This document shows, piece after piece, positions 14,693-24,770 of a stretch of 64,000 nt of DNA. Under the pieces are notes generated by a model that searched no databases, was not told the origin of the DNA, and saw only the letters and a list, made by a program, of their open reading frames with translations. How positions within the stretch are numbered: position 1 is the stretch's first letter; each line of letters opens with the position of its first letter. The stretch is taken from NCBI GenBank assembly GCA_963675525.2, contig CAXXSL010000019.1, forward strand, positions 96,001-160,000, read 5' to 3'. The translations under genes were made by a program, and so were the position numbers. Source of the DNA: Anaerohalosphaeraceae bacterium (GTDB lineage Bacteria; Planctomycetota; Phycisphaerae; Sedimentisphaerales; Anaerohalosphaeraceae).

Positions 14693-17674
14693 ATGAACAA
14701 AATGCTTACCAACTGCGTTCTCATGGCATTGACAGCAACTTTCTGTTTTGCCATCCCATTTGACCGACATGACAGCGATTTCACAATGTCTTTGAACAGC
14801 CAATGGAAATTCTGCCTGACTGAAAATTCCGAGACGCAGTTGCTTTCCGGATTTTTCAAAACAGATTTTGATGATGAAAAGTGGGCCGGTGTCGATGTGC
14901 CGTCGAATTGGGAAATGCAGGGATTTGAGGAGCCTCATTATTACCGGCCGGATCCTTCTATGGTTGGCTTGTATCGAAAAGAAGTCACATTGCCGAAGGA
15001 ATGGAAAGACCGTCAGGTTATTGTCCATTTCGAAGGGATTTCATTTGGCTATACCCTTTATGTAAACGGCAAAAAGGCGGGTTCATTCCAGCATGCATTC
15101 CTGCCGTGTCAGTATGATATAACCCCGTATGTCCACTATGATGAAAAGAACACGATTGCCATTAAGGTTTATCGCGATCATGAGGAGCGTGAATTTGACT
15201 GTAATGATGCATGGGCCCTGTCAGGGATTTATCGTGATGTGTTTTTATTCTCCCCCCAACGCTATCATATTGATCGTTATTCGCTTAATACAAAACTTGA
15301 TCTTGCAAAGCAAACGGCTGTGATTGAAGGCCAGGTAGAGATTCGTATATTTCGTCACAACCATAATAGTCAATATCAAGATCATCGGGAACTGTTTAAG
15401 CCGATGGCGATAAAATTAGATCTTAAAGATGCTGACGGAAATATCATGGCGGATCAAACCGAGGCAGTCTCTTGGATTACACCACGTGTGGTGCCGTCTC
15501 ATACATTCAAAATACCGGTAACGGACGCTCACTACTGGAATGCAGAGCAACCCTATTTATATGATTTGTCAATGACACTGCTGACCGACGGTCAGGTCTC
15601 GCACGTCGTCAAACAAAAAGTAGGTTTGCGCGAAGTGGCAATCGAAGATGGGATTCTCAAAGTCAATGGACAACGTATTAAACTTCGCGGCGTATGCCGA
15701 CATGAACTTTTCCCGGAGGTTGGACGAGCGTTGCAGGAACATCATTGGCTTAAAGATATCAAACTGATGAAAGCCGGAAATATTAATGCCGTACGCTGCA
15801 GTCACTATCCCCCGCACCCGCGATTTTTGGAATTATGTGATGAATACGGATTATATGTTCTCGATGAGATACCGATTGGCTTTGGTGAAGAACACCAGAA
15901 TGACCCTATTATGCTGGGAGCGATGCTTTCCCGGGCTCAGCGAACGGTTGCGCGGGACCGCAATCACCCCAGTGTGATCATTTGGGATATCGGGAACGAA
16001 AATCCGCTTTATGGCCTTCAGGAAACCGCTGCGAAACTTGTCAAAACCATGGATCCAACGCGTCCGCTGCTGTATCCCGGCGAAAACTTTGTCGGTCTTG
16101 ATAGAATCTTCGCCAGCGGTACTGCCGAGTTCATAGACATTCTTGCTCCGCATTACCCGCACAACGAGGAAATAAAAAGAGACCTGGAAGATGCGAGGAT
16201 CCAAAAGCCAATCATATTTACCGAGATCAATCATGCGCTGGATACGGCTTTTAGCGACTTCGAGACAAAATGGGAAATGATCGAAAACACCGATAAAATG
16301 GCCGGAGCGATGATCTGGCTGTGGGCTGATCAGGGGATTATGCGCAAAGTTAATGGCCGGCCGGTGGTTGATTCCTACGCCAACATATCGAAGGTACGAG
16401 GCAAGCATACCATTCTATCGGGCGATGTATGGCTGGATGACAACACCATTCTCGACAGTCATGGTCCAGACGGCACAGACGGGATCGTTTATGCAGACCG
16501 CCGTTTGCAGACGGATTACTATGAGACTCGAAAAATGTATTCCCCTGTCAGTATATCACAAAAATATATAACACTGGATGCAGAGGGAAAGATACATTTG
16601 GATATTGAGAACCGCTATGATTTTACAAATCTCAGTCAACTCGAAGGACGCTGGAAATTCATGGTAAACGGACGCACGTTAAAGGAGGGGAAATTATCGC
16701 TGGATTGCGCTCCGCATGAGAGCCAAACCGCAGAAATTCAGATTGGGCTGAAGAAGTTACCTGTCAGTGATCTTATGCTGCAGGTAGAGTTTGTCAATAA
16801 GAACCAACTTCCTGTTTATGAGCGGACGCTGGTCTTTGAAAACTCTCAAGTGGATTGGTTTGCGAAGATGGACAAGGAAATGAAAGTTGCAATTTCTGCA
16901 GATACCAGGATTAAAGTAGACCAGGACGGTGTCGTTACGATCATCGATGCAAAAGAAACCACTCTGATGAAAGGGCCCTTCGCCCGTATTGGTCGAAAGC
17001 CTACGATGGCTGAACGTAAGACCTATCCAAGAATGGAGCTGGAAATCTGGGAGCCGTCGATATTGACTGATTTCGAAGTTACTCCACATACGGAAAAAAT
17101 GCAGGGTGATAACCTCGTCATCCGGACTAAAGCGAAATACAAAAATCCTGAAAATAGCGAACAAACCGTCCACGCAGATGTAACCTATACAATCAGTCCA
17201 TCCGGATGGGTGGATATCGACTATACAATCACTCCTGACAGCGAGAAGGGGGCTCTGTTGGAACTGGGGCTTGCATGGGAAATACCGGATGTGAAAAAAA
17301 TCAACTGGCTCGGCGACGGTCCCTATCCTTCCTACCCATACAAGAGTACATTAGCTGAACGCGGCATCTATTCTATTGCACCCGGAGACTCCTTCTTTAA
17401 CGGCAATCGGATGAATGTCGAATTGGTTAATCTTGTATATTCAAATAACCAAGTAGGTGTGATAACGAAGCCATCAAATATTGGATGGCAGCAAGATACC
17501 ATTACCGACAGGATTGTTTTTTATCAAAATCAAAAAGTCGCCAGTCTCGGCACGAAATTTAAACTCCCTCGTGAGGTGATACGCGCTAAGGGTATGCTTC
17601 CTGCTAAGGGACATCTGAGGCTGTGTGTGTTGAGTGACGATCAGGCAGGGTTTATTCAGGAAATTTTTGAATGA
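14693..17674 (+). CDS. GH2 glycoside hydrolase (beta-galactosidase-like), secreted
   Basis: VPSNWEMQG, SGIYRDV, GVCRHE, NAVRCSHYP, WDIGNE, FTEINHA, WLWADQG; signal peptide. Confidence 0.92.
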   Translation: MNKMLTNCVLMALTATFCFAIPFDRHDSDFTMSLNSQWKFCLTENSETQLLSGFFKTDFDDEKWAGVDVPSNWEMQGFEEPHYYRPDPSMVGLYRKEVTLPKEWKDRQVIVHFEGISFGYTLYVNGKKAGSFQHAFLPCQYDITPYVHYDEKNTIAIKVYRDHEEREFDCNDAWALSGIYRDVFLFSPQRYHIDRYSLNTKLDLAKQTAVIEGQVEIRIFRHNHNSQYQDHRELFKPMAIKLDLKDADGNIMADQTEAVSWITPRVVPSHTFKIPVTDAHYWNAEQPYLYDLSMTLLTDGQVSHVVKQKVGLREVAIEDGILKVNGQRIKLRGVCRHELFPEVGRALQEHHWLKDIKLMKAGNINAVRCSHYPPHPRFLELCDEYGLYVLDEIPIGFGEEHQNDPIMLGAMLSRAQRTVARDRNHPSVIIWDIGNENPLYGLQETAAKLVKTMDPTRPLLYPGENFVGLDRIFASGTAEFIDILAPHYPHNEEIKRDLEDARIQKPIIFTEINHALDTAFSDFETKWEMIENTDKMAGAMIWLWADQGIMRKVNGRPVVDSYANISKVRGKHTILSGDVWLDDNTILDSHGPDGTDGIVYADRRLQTDYYETRKMYSPVSISQKYITLDAEGKIHLDIENRYDFTNLSQLEGRWKFMVNGRTLKEGKLSLDCAPHESQTAEIQIGLKKLPVSDLMLQVEFVNKNQLPVYERTLVFENSQVDWFAKMDKEMKVAISADTRIKVDQDGVVTIIDAKETTLMKGPFARIGRKPTMAERKTYPRMELEIWEPSILTDFEVTPHTEKMQGDNLVIRTKAKYKNPENSEQTVHADVTYTISPSGWVDIDYTITPDSEKGALLELGLAWEIPDVKKINWLGDGPYPSYPYKSTLAERGIYSIAPGDSFFNGNRMNVELVNLVYSNNQVGVITKPSNIGWQQDTITDRIVFYQNQKVASLGTKFKLPREVIRAKGMLPAKGHLRLCVLSDDQAGFIQEIFE

Positions 17675-17747
17675 TATCAAAGAGTCAATCATGATTTTGA
17701 ATTAGTTTCTTATCAGAGAGATTAGAATCAAAACAAGGAAAGATAAT

Positions 17748-20441
17748 ATGTCTGACCAACTTGCTCAAATAAAAACATTTCTTCTTGTGTTCATGTTGTT
17801 GGTTTTTGTGTTTATTGTTAATGCCGCTGAAGAAACGATTGATGCAGCGATGGTATCCACTCAAAAGCAACAGAACTTTTCGAAAGCCGGATTTTTTCCG
17901 ATTCAAGGCAGTGGACGCGAGGTAATGAATTTCAATGTTGGCTGGCGATTTATCAAACAGGATGTCCAAAATGCTCATACCCGCGACTTCAATGATTCAG
18001 ACTGGGAGGTCGTCAGTTGTCCCCACGGATTGGAACTGCTGGAATCCGAGGCCAGCGGGAGTGTGAATTATCAAGGCGTCGCGTGGTATCGAAAGCATTT
18101 TAAACCCGGCAAAGAGCTACAGGGAAAACAGGTTCGTCTTCATTTCGAAGCGGTCATGGGTTCCTGTCAAGTCTGGATCAACGGCGCCCTGGTGACATCT
18201 CATTTTGGCGGGTATTTGCCGTTTTCTGCTGACCTGACGGAAAAGCTTGATTTTGGGAAAGATAACATCATCGCTGTTAAAGCGGATAACAGCAACGACC
18301 GTTCCTACCCGCCGGGAAAACCCCAGGAAACGCTTGATTTTACTTATTGCGGAGGAATTTACCGCGATGTCTGGCTGGTGACGACGAATGCTGTTCATAT
18401 AACCAACCCGAATGATGTGGATAAGATTGCCGGCGGCGGCGTGTTTGTTCATTTTGAGGATTTTTCAAAAGAAAAGGTGACCGTTGTTGTTGATACCGAT
18501 ATTGCCAATCATAACAGCAGTGACGAAACAATTGATTTGAACATCGCACTGATTGATGCAATGGGAAATAAAGCCGGCGTATCCTGCAGTTCTTTAACGA
18601 TTCAGGCAAATGGAACCTCTGCGGTGACCCAAAAAATCGTCGTTGACCAGCCCCATCTTTGGACGCCGGACGATCCCTACTTATACAATCTGGTGCTGAC
18701 GGTAAAGGATTCTGAAGGAAACACGATAGATGGTATGCGCCAGCGGATTGGCATTCGCAAGATAGAGTTTCGGGGACAGGATGGATTTTATCTGAACGGT
18801 GAGCCGTTTGGCGAGGTACTCAATGGAGTCAATCGCCATCAGGATTATGCCTATGTAGGCAATGCTGTTCCCAATTCGGGCCAATGGCGTGATGCAAAAA
18901 AAATACGGGATGCAGGACTGCGGGTTGTCAGAGCAGCGCACTACCCAATGGACCCTGCGTTTATGGATGCCTGCGATGAACTGGGTCTTTTTGTGATTGT
19001 GGCGACTCCGGGGTGGCAGTTCTGGAATAAAAAAGATCCGGTTTTTGAGCAGCGTTTGAATGATGATATCCGGCAGATGATTCGCCGGGATCGTAATCAT
19101 CCCTGTGTGCTTTTCTGGGAACCCGTATTAAATGAGACGCCGTATCCGGAAAACATTCGTAAAGAGGCGCATCGCATTGTAAACGCCGAATATCCCTATC
19201 AGGGAGCGTTTTCCGCCTCTGATGCATCAAGCTATGCGAAAGGATATGAAGACTTTGATGTCTACTACTACTGGGGTGGACAGCTCGAGGGTGAGCACAG
19301 CTCGTTTATCCGTGAATACGGCGAACATGTGGATGATTATAAGGCGCATAATTCCGACAATCGTGTTTCTTTGCGATGGGGCGAGAGGCCTCAATTGCTT
19401 CAGGCGATGCACTTGGCCGATGTGATGAATACCCACATTTACGGACAGTCCAAGGTATTAGCGGGTGCGACCTTATGGGCTGGTTTTGACCATCAGCGTG
19501 GATATCATCCCGATCCGTTTTATGGAGGATTGCTGGATAATTTCCGGCGTCCGAAGACATCGTATTATCTCTATACGAGCCAACGTGATGCCGCTATCAA
19601 GTTAGCGCATGCGGATTCCGGCCCGATGGTGTATATTGCGCATGAATTGACGCCATTTTCCGATGAGGATGTCGTCGTATTTACAAATTGCGACCAGGTT
19701 CGCCTGACGATGCCCGGCAAGGCGCCCTATACACAACAAATCCAGCGAGACGGGCAGTCTCTTCCTAATCCGCCGGTAGTGTTTAAGGATGTTTACAATT
19801 TCGATGATTGGGTAACGCTGACGCGAAAAACGGACGATAAGTCAACCCTGAACATTCTTGCTGAAGGGCTGATTGACGGGAAGGTTGCAGCCGTGCATAA
19901 ACGGACGGTGGCACGAAATGTAACAAATATTAAGCTGTCAGTTGATGATGAAGGCATGGCGCTGGTCGCAGATGGTTCTGATTTTGTGCCGGTTGTTGCT
20001 TCAGTAACCGACCAGCAGGGCAACGTAAAACGGTTGAACAACTTGACGATACAGTTCGAAGTAGAAGGGCAAGGCCGGATTATCGGCAATCGCCAAAACG
20101 GGGCCAACCCAAGAATTGTCGAATGGGGTACTGCGCCGGTTTTAATTCAGGCAACCACGACGCCGGGAACGATCAAGGTCAAGGCCGCACCGGTTTGCAA
20201 GGGGCAGACAACTCCGATTGGCGATGTGATTGAAATTGAAAGTATTCCCTCTCCATCAAAATTAGTCTATTCGGAACAGCCGAGCCTTCAGATTAAGTCC
20301 GCATCTCCAAAGAGCGCCGATGAAAGCGAAACGATTCAATCGCTTCAACGGGAGTTGGAGAAAGTCCGTCAGGAGTTGAATCTCCTTAAACTTGAAAAAG
20401 TCAGCGAAGCTCAGGAAGATTCTCCGGCAGCCGAATTTTAG
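17748..20441 (+). CDS. GH2 glycoside hydrolase with DUF4982-like C-terminal domains, secreted
   Basis: GGIYRDVW, GVNRHQDY, RAAHYP, RRDRNHPCVLFWEPVLNE, REYG, FDHQRGYHPDPFYGG; signal peptide. Confidence 0.92.
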   Translation: MSDQLAQIKTFLLVFMLLVFVFIVNAAEETIDAAMVSTQKQQNFSKAGFFPIQGSGREVMNFNVGWRFIKQDVQNAHTRDFNDSDWEVVSCPHGLELLESEASGSVNYQGVAWYRKHFKPGKELQGKQVRLHFEAVMGSCQVWINGALVTSHFGGYLPFSADLTEKLDFGKDNIIAVKADNSNDRSYPPGKPQETLDFTYCGGIYRDVWLVTTNAVHITNPNDVDKIAGGGVFVHFEDFSKEKVTVVVDTDIANHNSSDETIDLNIALIDAMGNKAGVSCSSLTIQANGTSAVTQKIVVDQPHLWTPDDPYLYNLVLTVKDSEGNTIDGMRQRIGIRKIEFRGQDGFYLNGEPFGEVLNGVNRHQDYAYVGNAVPNSGQWRDAKKIRDAGLRVVRAAHYPMDPAFMDACDELGLFVIVATPGWQFWNKKDPVFEQRLNDDIRQMIRRDRNHPCVLFWEPVLNETPYPENIRKEAHRIVNAEYPYQGAFSASDASSYAKGYEDFDVYYYWGGQLEGEHSSFIREYGEHVDDYKAHNSDNRVSLRWGERPQLLQAMHLADVMNTHIYGQSKVLAGATLWAGFDHQRGYHPDPFYGGLLDNFRRPKTSYYLYTSQRDAAIKLAHADSGPMVYIAHELTPFSDEDVVVFTNCDQVRLTMPGKAPYTQQIQRDGQSLPNPPVVFKDVYNFDDWVTLTRKTDDKSTLNILAEGLIDGKVAAVHKRTVARNVTNIKLSVDDEGMALVADGSDFVPVVASVTDQQGNVKRLNNLTIQFEVEGQGRIIGNRQNGANPRIVEWGTAPVLIQATTTPGTIKVKAAPVCKGQTTPIGDVIEIESIPSPSKLVYSEQPSLQIKSASPKSADESETIQSLQRELEKVRQELNLLKLEKVSEAQEDSPAAEF

Positions 20442-20465
20442 ATGCTTGATTCGTTCCGATTTTTA

Positions 20466-21620
20466 TCAGGGACTGATGCTCTCCGGCCATTGTCCGTTGG
20501 GCATGGGCACGGTTTGAAGTTTCTCCGGGTCCAGCACCACATGCTTGATCCGTTTGCGATGCCAGGTGTAGACGATGTGGACCAATCCGTCAGCGGTCTG
20601 AATCACGGAAGGGTACGAGAATTGGCGTTCCGGCTGATCTTCATAATCCAAAACAAGTGCCGCTTCCCAGTTTTTGCCGTCTTTGCTGAGCGCGACGTTC
20701 AGGATGCCGCGGCCCTTGTGGCCCATACCCGGCTGGTTGCGTGTGGAGTGATTATAGACGAGCAACTGGCGGCCGTCCGCCAGTGTTACGCCGTCGATCC
20801 CCGAGTTATTGTTCGGCAGTGTCATCGGCTCCATCGGCGACCATGTAAGCCCGTCATCTTCAGACCAACTCTGGGCAATAAAACCATGCTCGGTTCGAGT
20901 TCGGCAGAGCATCTGGATGCGGTCCTTGGGGTATGTTAGTAACGTCGGCTGGATGGCACCGATTTTGGCCTCGGGATTCATCGGACCGATGAACTTCCAG
21001 CTTGTACCGCCGTCTGTGCTGTGCTCGACATGAGCACGCCATCCGCCGTCCTCACGACTGGAGGGCGAGAGAATTGTTCCGTTGGGCAATTGGATTGGCT
21101 TATTCTTGACCGGACCAATCAGCATTTCGCCTTTTTCGTCAACTAATCGTTTAGGATTGGTCCAGTTCCAGCCGCCATCGGAGGAGGTTGTGACCATACC
21201 CCACCATTCGCTCGGGGAAGGGCCGACCTTATAGAACAGCAACAGGTCACCACCCTTAGGCTGAAACAGCACCGGATTCCAGGTTGGGTATCGCAGTTCG
21301 AGCGTTTCTACGCCATTGGCGACTTCGATGACCGGAGTCCACTTGCCGTTGAATTTGTGACTGAGCCAAATTCCGACATCGGGATTGCGTTCGGCTGTCC
21401 CGCCGAAAAAGGAACAGATCAACTGGCCTTTAACTTCAGCGATAGTGGCTGCATGACAAGAGGGAAACGGGGCTTCACAGAAGACAAATTCTTCAAGCAC
21501 CACTCCCGGCTTGGACGGAGCAGGGATGTGTTCGCAAGACTTCTTGGTATCTGTACATCCCGAAGCGGCCAAGAGGAAACCTAATGTACAAATAAATGGG
21601 TTCAACGATAAATTTGTCAT
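20466..21620 (-). CDS. BNR/Asp-box sialidase-fold (GH33-like) lipoprotein; candidate Kdo hydrolase
   Basis: Four Asp boxes (SSDGGWNW, STDGGTSW, SEDDGLTW, SKDGKNW), IGPVKNKP, LPNNNSGID, FSYPSVIQ; lipobox ASGC; track start 21638. Confidence 0.85.
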   Translation of the reverse strand: MTNLSLNPFICTLGFLLAASGCTDTKKSCEHIPAPSKPGVVLEEFVFCEAPFPSCHAATIAEVKGQLICSFFGGTAERNPDVGIWLSHKFNGKWTPVIEVANGVETLELRYPTWNPVLFQPKGGDLLLFYKVGPSPSEWWGMVTTSSDGGWNWTNPKRLVDEKGEMLIGPVKNKPIQLPNGTILSPSSREDGGWRAHVEHSTDGGTSWKFIGPMNPEAKIGAIQPTLLTYPKDRIQMLCRTRTEHGFIAQSWSEDDGLTWSPMEPMTLPNNNSGIDGVTLADGRQLLVYNHSTRNQPGMGHKGRGILNVALSKDGKNWEAALVLDYEDQPERQFSYPSVIQTADGLVHIVYTWHRKRIKHVVLDPEKLQTVPMPNGQWPESISP

Positions 21621-21656
21621 ATAATCAAACTCCCACATGAAATGAAATTAATAGTT

Positions 21657-22757
21657 TTAGCTGCGATAGGACTCCAGCTTATCAGCAAGCCGCTGCATCT
21701 GCTCGGGCCGGATTTTTTCCCCACCTGCCGTCACAACATTCAGATAAACACCTTTGGGACCGATGACATCTAATAAAGGAATCACCTCATCAACATCCAT
21801 ATTGGCGACCCAAACGGATTTGCCTGCACCAAGAATCTTTTTATACAAATCGTACCAATGCGGTGCACCTCCCGGCGGAACCTGCGGATCCGGCGTCCAT
21901 TCAATCGCATCCAGTCCTTCGATTTCCAGCAGCGAATCCACATCACCCAGACATTGATGACCATCCACATGATACATTGAATAGTCCAGATATTCCACTG
22001 ATTGTCTGAGGTAGGGGAGAACGAACTCATCGAACATCTTTGGTGAAAACATGGCTGCCGTATCACATTGCAGCAGCCCCGTTTTGCCCGGTCCCCAGAG
22101 CATAAAATACCCAAAGGCCATACTGCCATCTTCGTCTTTTATAATTTCATACAGGCTGTCAAATACCTGTTTGTAGGCCACCTCGATTTCCTGAAGCTTT
22201 TCGTGAACCCACGCCGGGCGCTCAATCATGTCCATTAATAGATTCTCAGTTCCTCTCAGTTCCGCCAGCACATCGAGATTCGGAACAATCGCAGGTAACC
22301 CAACAAAATAACGCCCCCGACTGTATTCGACGGTTTTTCGAAGCACCGCTTCAATCGCTTGGCTATAGGGATGCGCAGGATCAAAGACGACAGCGGGATG
22401 CGTATCAGGATTAGTAATACAGGGTCCATACCAAATGTTGTCTTTCTCATACTTTGGAATGGCGCCAAGATAGGGCGCTAAAGTAACAGTGCCGATATCC
22501 GCCCAGGCAACCGGAAGGACATCAGCCGGCCAGACCTTATGGGCCATTTCATAATAGATTCGTTCTGCTACGTACTGGGGGTCCATATGAAAGCGCTGCG
22601 GATCAGTTAAAGCAGCCGGAGCTATAGCATCAGCATGAGCCGGCCCGTCACTGTCTATTCCGGTTCCCCAGTATCCCAGTACAAACCCTTCGCGATTCCA
22701 CCAGTCTATAAAATGTTGACGTGTTTGGGACCAATTTTTTTTCCATAGTGAATTCAT
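21657..22757 (-). CDS. Uroporphyrinogen decarboxylase (URO-D) superfamily protein, corrinoid methyltransferase (MtaA/CmuA)-like
   Basis: LRGTENLLMDM...P..V, QCDTAAMFSPKMFDEFVLPY and YHVDG, typical of URO-D-like methyltransferase TIM barrels; no signal peptide. Confidence 0.75.
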   Translation of the reverse strand: MNSLWKKNWSQTRQHFIDWWNREGFVLGYWGTGIDSDGPAHADAIAPAALTDPQRFHMDPQYVAERIYYEMAHKVWPADVLPVAWADIGTVTLAPYLGAIPKYEKDNIWYGPCITNPDTHPAVVFDPAHPYSQAIEAVLRKTVEYSRGRYFVGLPAIVPNLDVLAELRGTENLLMDMIERPAWVHEKLQEIEVAYKQVFDSLYEIIKDEDGSMAFGYFMLWGPGKTGLLQCDTAAMFSPKMFDEFVLPYLRQSVEYLDYSMYHVDGHQCLGDVDSLLEIEGLDAIEWTPDPQVPPGGAPHWYDLYKKILGAGKSVWVANMDVDEVIPLLDVIGPKGVYLNVVTAGGEKIRPEQMQRLADKLESYRS

Positions 22758-22773
22758 TTTATACTCGTCTTTG

Positions 22774-24738
22774 TTATTTTGATTTCGTTATTGGCTTAAT
22801 ATCCTGATAGGCAGGCTCAAGACCGGCTGTGTTGATAATCGCCTGGGCCTTCGCCGACCATATCGGGGCCTGAGGTTCTACAATTGTATTGGTAATCGGA
22901 CAGTTGGTTCCCTCATTGCGTACGTTATCGGCATTGACATAATTATGATTGATTGTTATGTCATGGCATCTCTCAGTCCAGATGTGCAGCCAGAGTCCTT
23001 TATGCTGTCGAGATTCAATATGTTGTCGATTTAAGATGACATTATCATGAATATTCCAATATGCCGAGCCATCATCCGGGTAAATACACCGGGGGCCGTC
23101 GTAACAATAATTGTAAGCAATTTCGGAACCGGGCTGCTCGCCGAGGACATAAATAATTCCGCCATCTTTAAGAGCCAGATGCGTATTACCGATGCGGTTA
23201 TACGTAATCGAATTATTTTTTGCGACTGTTGAGGGAGGTATCTCTGAATTTCCCCACCACCACCCCAGGGCAATCCCGCCATAAGGTGTGCCGCTGATCT
23301 CATTGTGGACGATTTTAACATTTTCCACAAAAAAGCCGGTCATGCCTTCGACCTGGTGAAAGTCCAGACAGGCATTATGAACAAAATTATTCGAGATAAG
23401 GATATCTTTGCAAATGCCTTCTGCTCCCTTACCAAATTGCTCGCCGTCGCCGATTTTATAGTGCTGAGGATGGCCCACATTAACCGACGTTCCCATCAGG
23501 TCCCCAAAGCAGTTCCCGATTACAGCGGTATTGACGACATCATTTTCAAGGCTAAGCGAAACCGCACTTGCCAGGTGTTCGAAGCGATTTCGCTTAAACT
23601 GGATCGATTCGGCATTGCATACGTTAACGGTGCCTTTTGGAATCGTAATATCGTTATATTGATTCGGGTGCCAGTTGCCGTCTTTGATGTACCGTGTGAA
23701 TTGAGACAGGCTTTGTACGCTGACCCAGCCGCGAGAATCGCCCAGTGAAGACAACAGGTAATCATCGTAAGCAAAGGTCAGGCCGTAAAACTGAATATGA
23801 TGAACGCGTGCAGTTTTACTTTCGCCGGTAATACTGACAAGTTTTTCGACAGCAGGCGCAAACACCTGGGCCGTTGTCATATTTTCACCACGGCAGTAAT
23901 AGTACAGGGTGTGCGTTTGATCATTAAAATAAAACTCTCCCGGCTCATCAAGCAGTTCATACGCGTTGCGAATATATAAAAGTCGGTCGGGTCGGGGGTC
24001 TGCGTGGAAGGGTATCCAACTCATATTCAATGCAATTGCACCATACGGCTGCTGAAGCATTGCTACGGTGTGTCCGTCTTCGGAAAACATGTCTTCTACG
24101 CATAGAATCGGTTCACTCCACACATTGGATTGATAAAGTTCGACATTCTGAGGGTTGCTATATACCCCTACCTCATCGGATTTGAATTTGATCCCGGCAA
24201 ATTCTGTTCCCTCGGCCGCTGCCCATGGCTCGTTGCCGGTAATCGTAAACGTTCCATAACCGCCTTGGCCAATAACTCCATCATTCATGCGGGCCATGAT
24301 GGCTCGTTTTCCATTGACATACAAAGCCCGCAGTTTTTTGTCCCTGACAAGTTGGGCCTTCCAGATATCACCGGTGTGCCGCGTCCATCCGGTCACCGGT
24401 ACTGCTCCGCTCAAAATCGGCACCTCATTCGGATAGGCTTTATAAATAATCCAATGTCCGTTGGTTCCTGAGTCCCGGGTTGTCAGTTCGAATGTTTTAT
24501 TTAGTGGGTAAATACCGCCTCGGAGATATACTGTGATATCTTCCCGCATATCTTTATTTATGATTCGGATGTGGTCGCGTGCCTTTTCCAGTGTGCGCCA
24601 GGGTTTGGTTCGGGAGCCGATCGCACTGTCATCCCCGTTCGGCGATATATAAAACTCGGTTCGGGTCTTTTCAAACGCAGTGGCTCCGCAACCGCTTAAA
24701 AATACAAGCACGATAAGCAATATTATTTTTTTCATCAT
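22774..24738 (-). CDS. GH141-like right-handed beta-helix lipoprotein
   Basis: FYISPNGDD..GS..KPWRTLEKAR, VYLRGGIY, NAYELLDEPGEFY, HNEISGTPYGGIALGW, DGGIIY, IYPDDGS; lipobox LSGC; ATG 24738 with GGAG RBS (track start 24840). Confidence 0.8.
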   Translation of the reverse strand: MMKKIILLIVLVFLSGCGATAFEKTRTEFYISPNGDDSAIGSRTKPWRTLEKARDHIRIINKDMREDITVYLRGGIYPLNKTFELTTRDSGTNGHWIIYKAYPNEVPILSGAVPVTGWTRHTGDIWKAQLVRDKKLRALYVNGKRAIMARMNDGVIGQGGYGTFTITGNEPWAAAEGTEFAGIKFKSDEVGVYSNPQNVELYQSNVWSEPILCVEDMFSEDGHTVAMLQQPYGAIALNMSWIPFHADPRPDRLLYIRNAYELLDEPGEFYFNDQTHTLYYYCRGENMTTAQVFAPAVEKLVSITGESKTARVHHIQFYGLTFAYDDYLLSSLGDSRGWVSVQSLSQFTRYIKDGNWHPNQYNDITIPKGTVNVCNAESIQFKRNRFEHLASAVSLSLENDVVNTAVIGNCFGDLMGTSVNVGHPQHYKIGDGEQFGKGAEGICKDILISNNFVHNACLDFHQVEGMTGFFVENVKIVHNEISGTPYGGIALGWWWGNSEIPPSTVAKNNSITYNRIGNTHLALKDGGIIYVLGEQPGSEIAYNYCYDGPRCIYPDDGSAYWNIHDNVILNRQHIESRQHKGLWLHIWTERCHDITINHNYVNADNVRNEGTNCPITNTIVEPQAPIWSAKAQAIINTAGLEPAYQDIKPITKSK

Positions 24739-24770
24739 ATAAATCTCCGGTCCAGGTTTACTGCATATAT

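Noticed and set aside
20442..20939. 165-aa + strand ORF directly after the GH2 stop
   Set aside because: Antisense to the well-supported BNR gene; not a GH2 continuation
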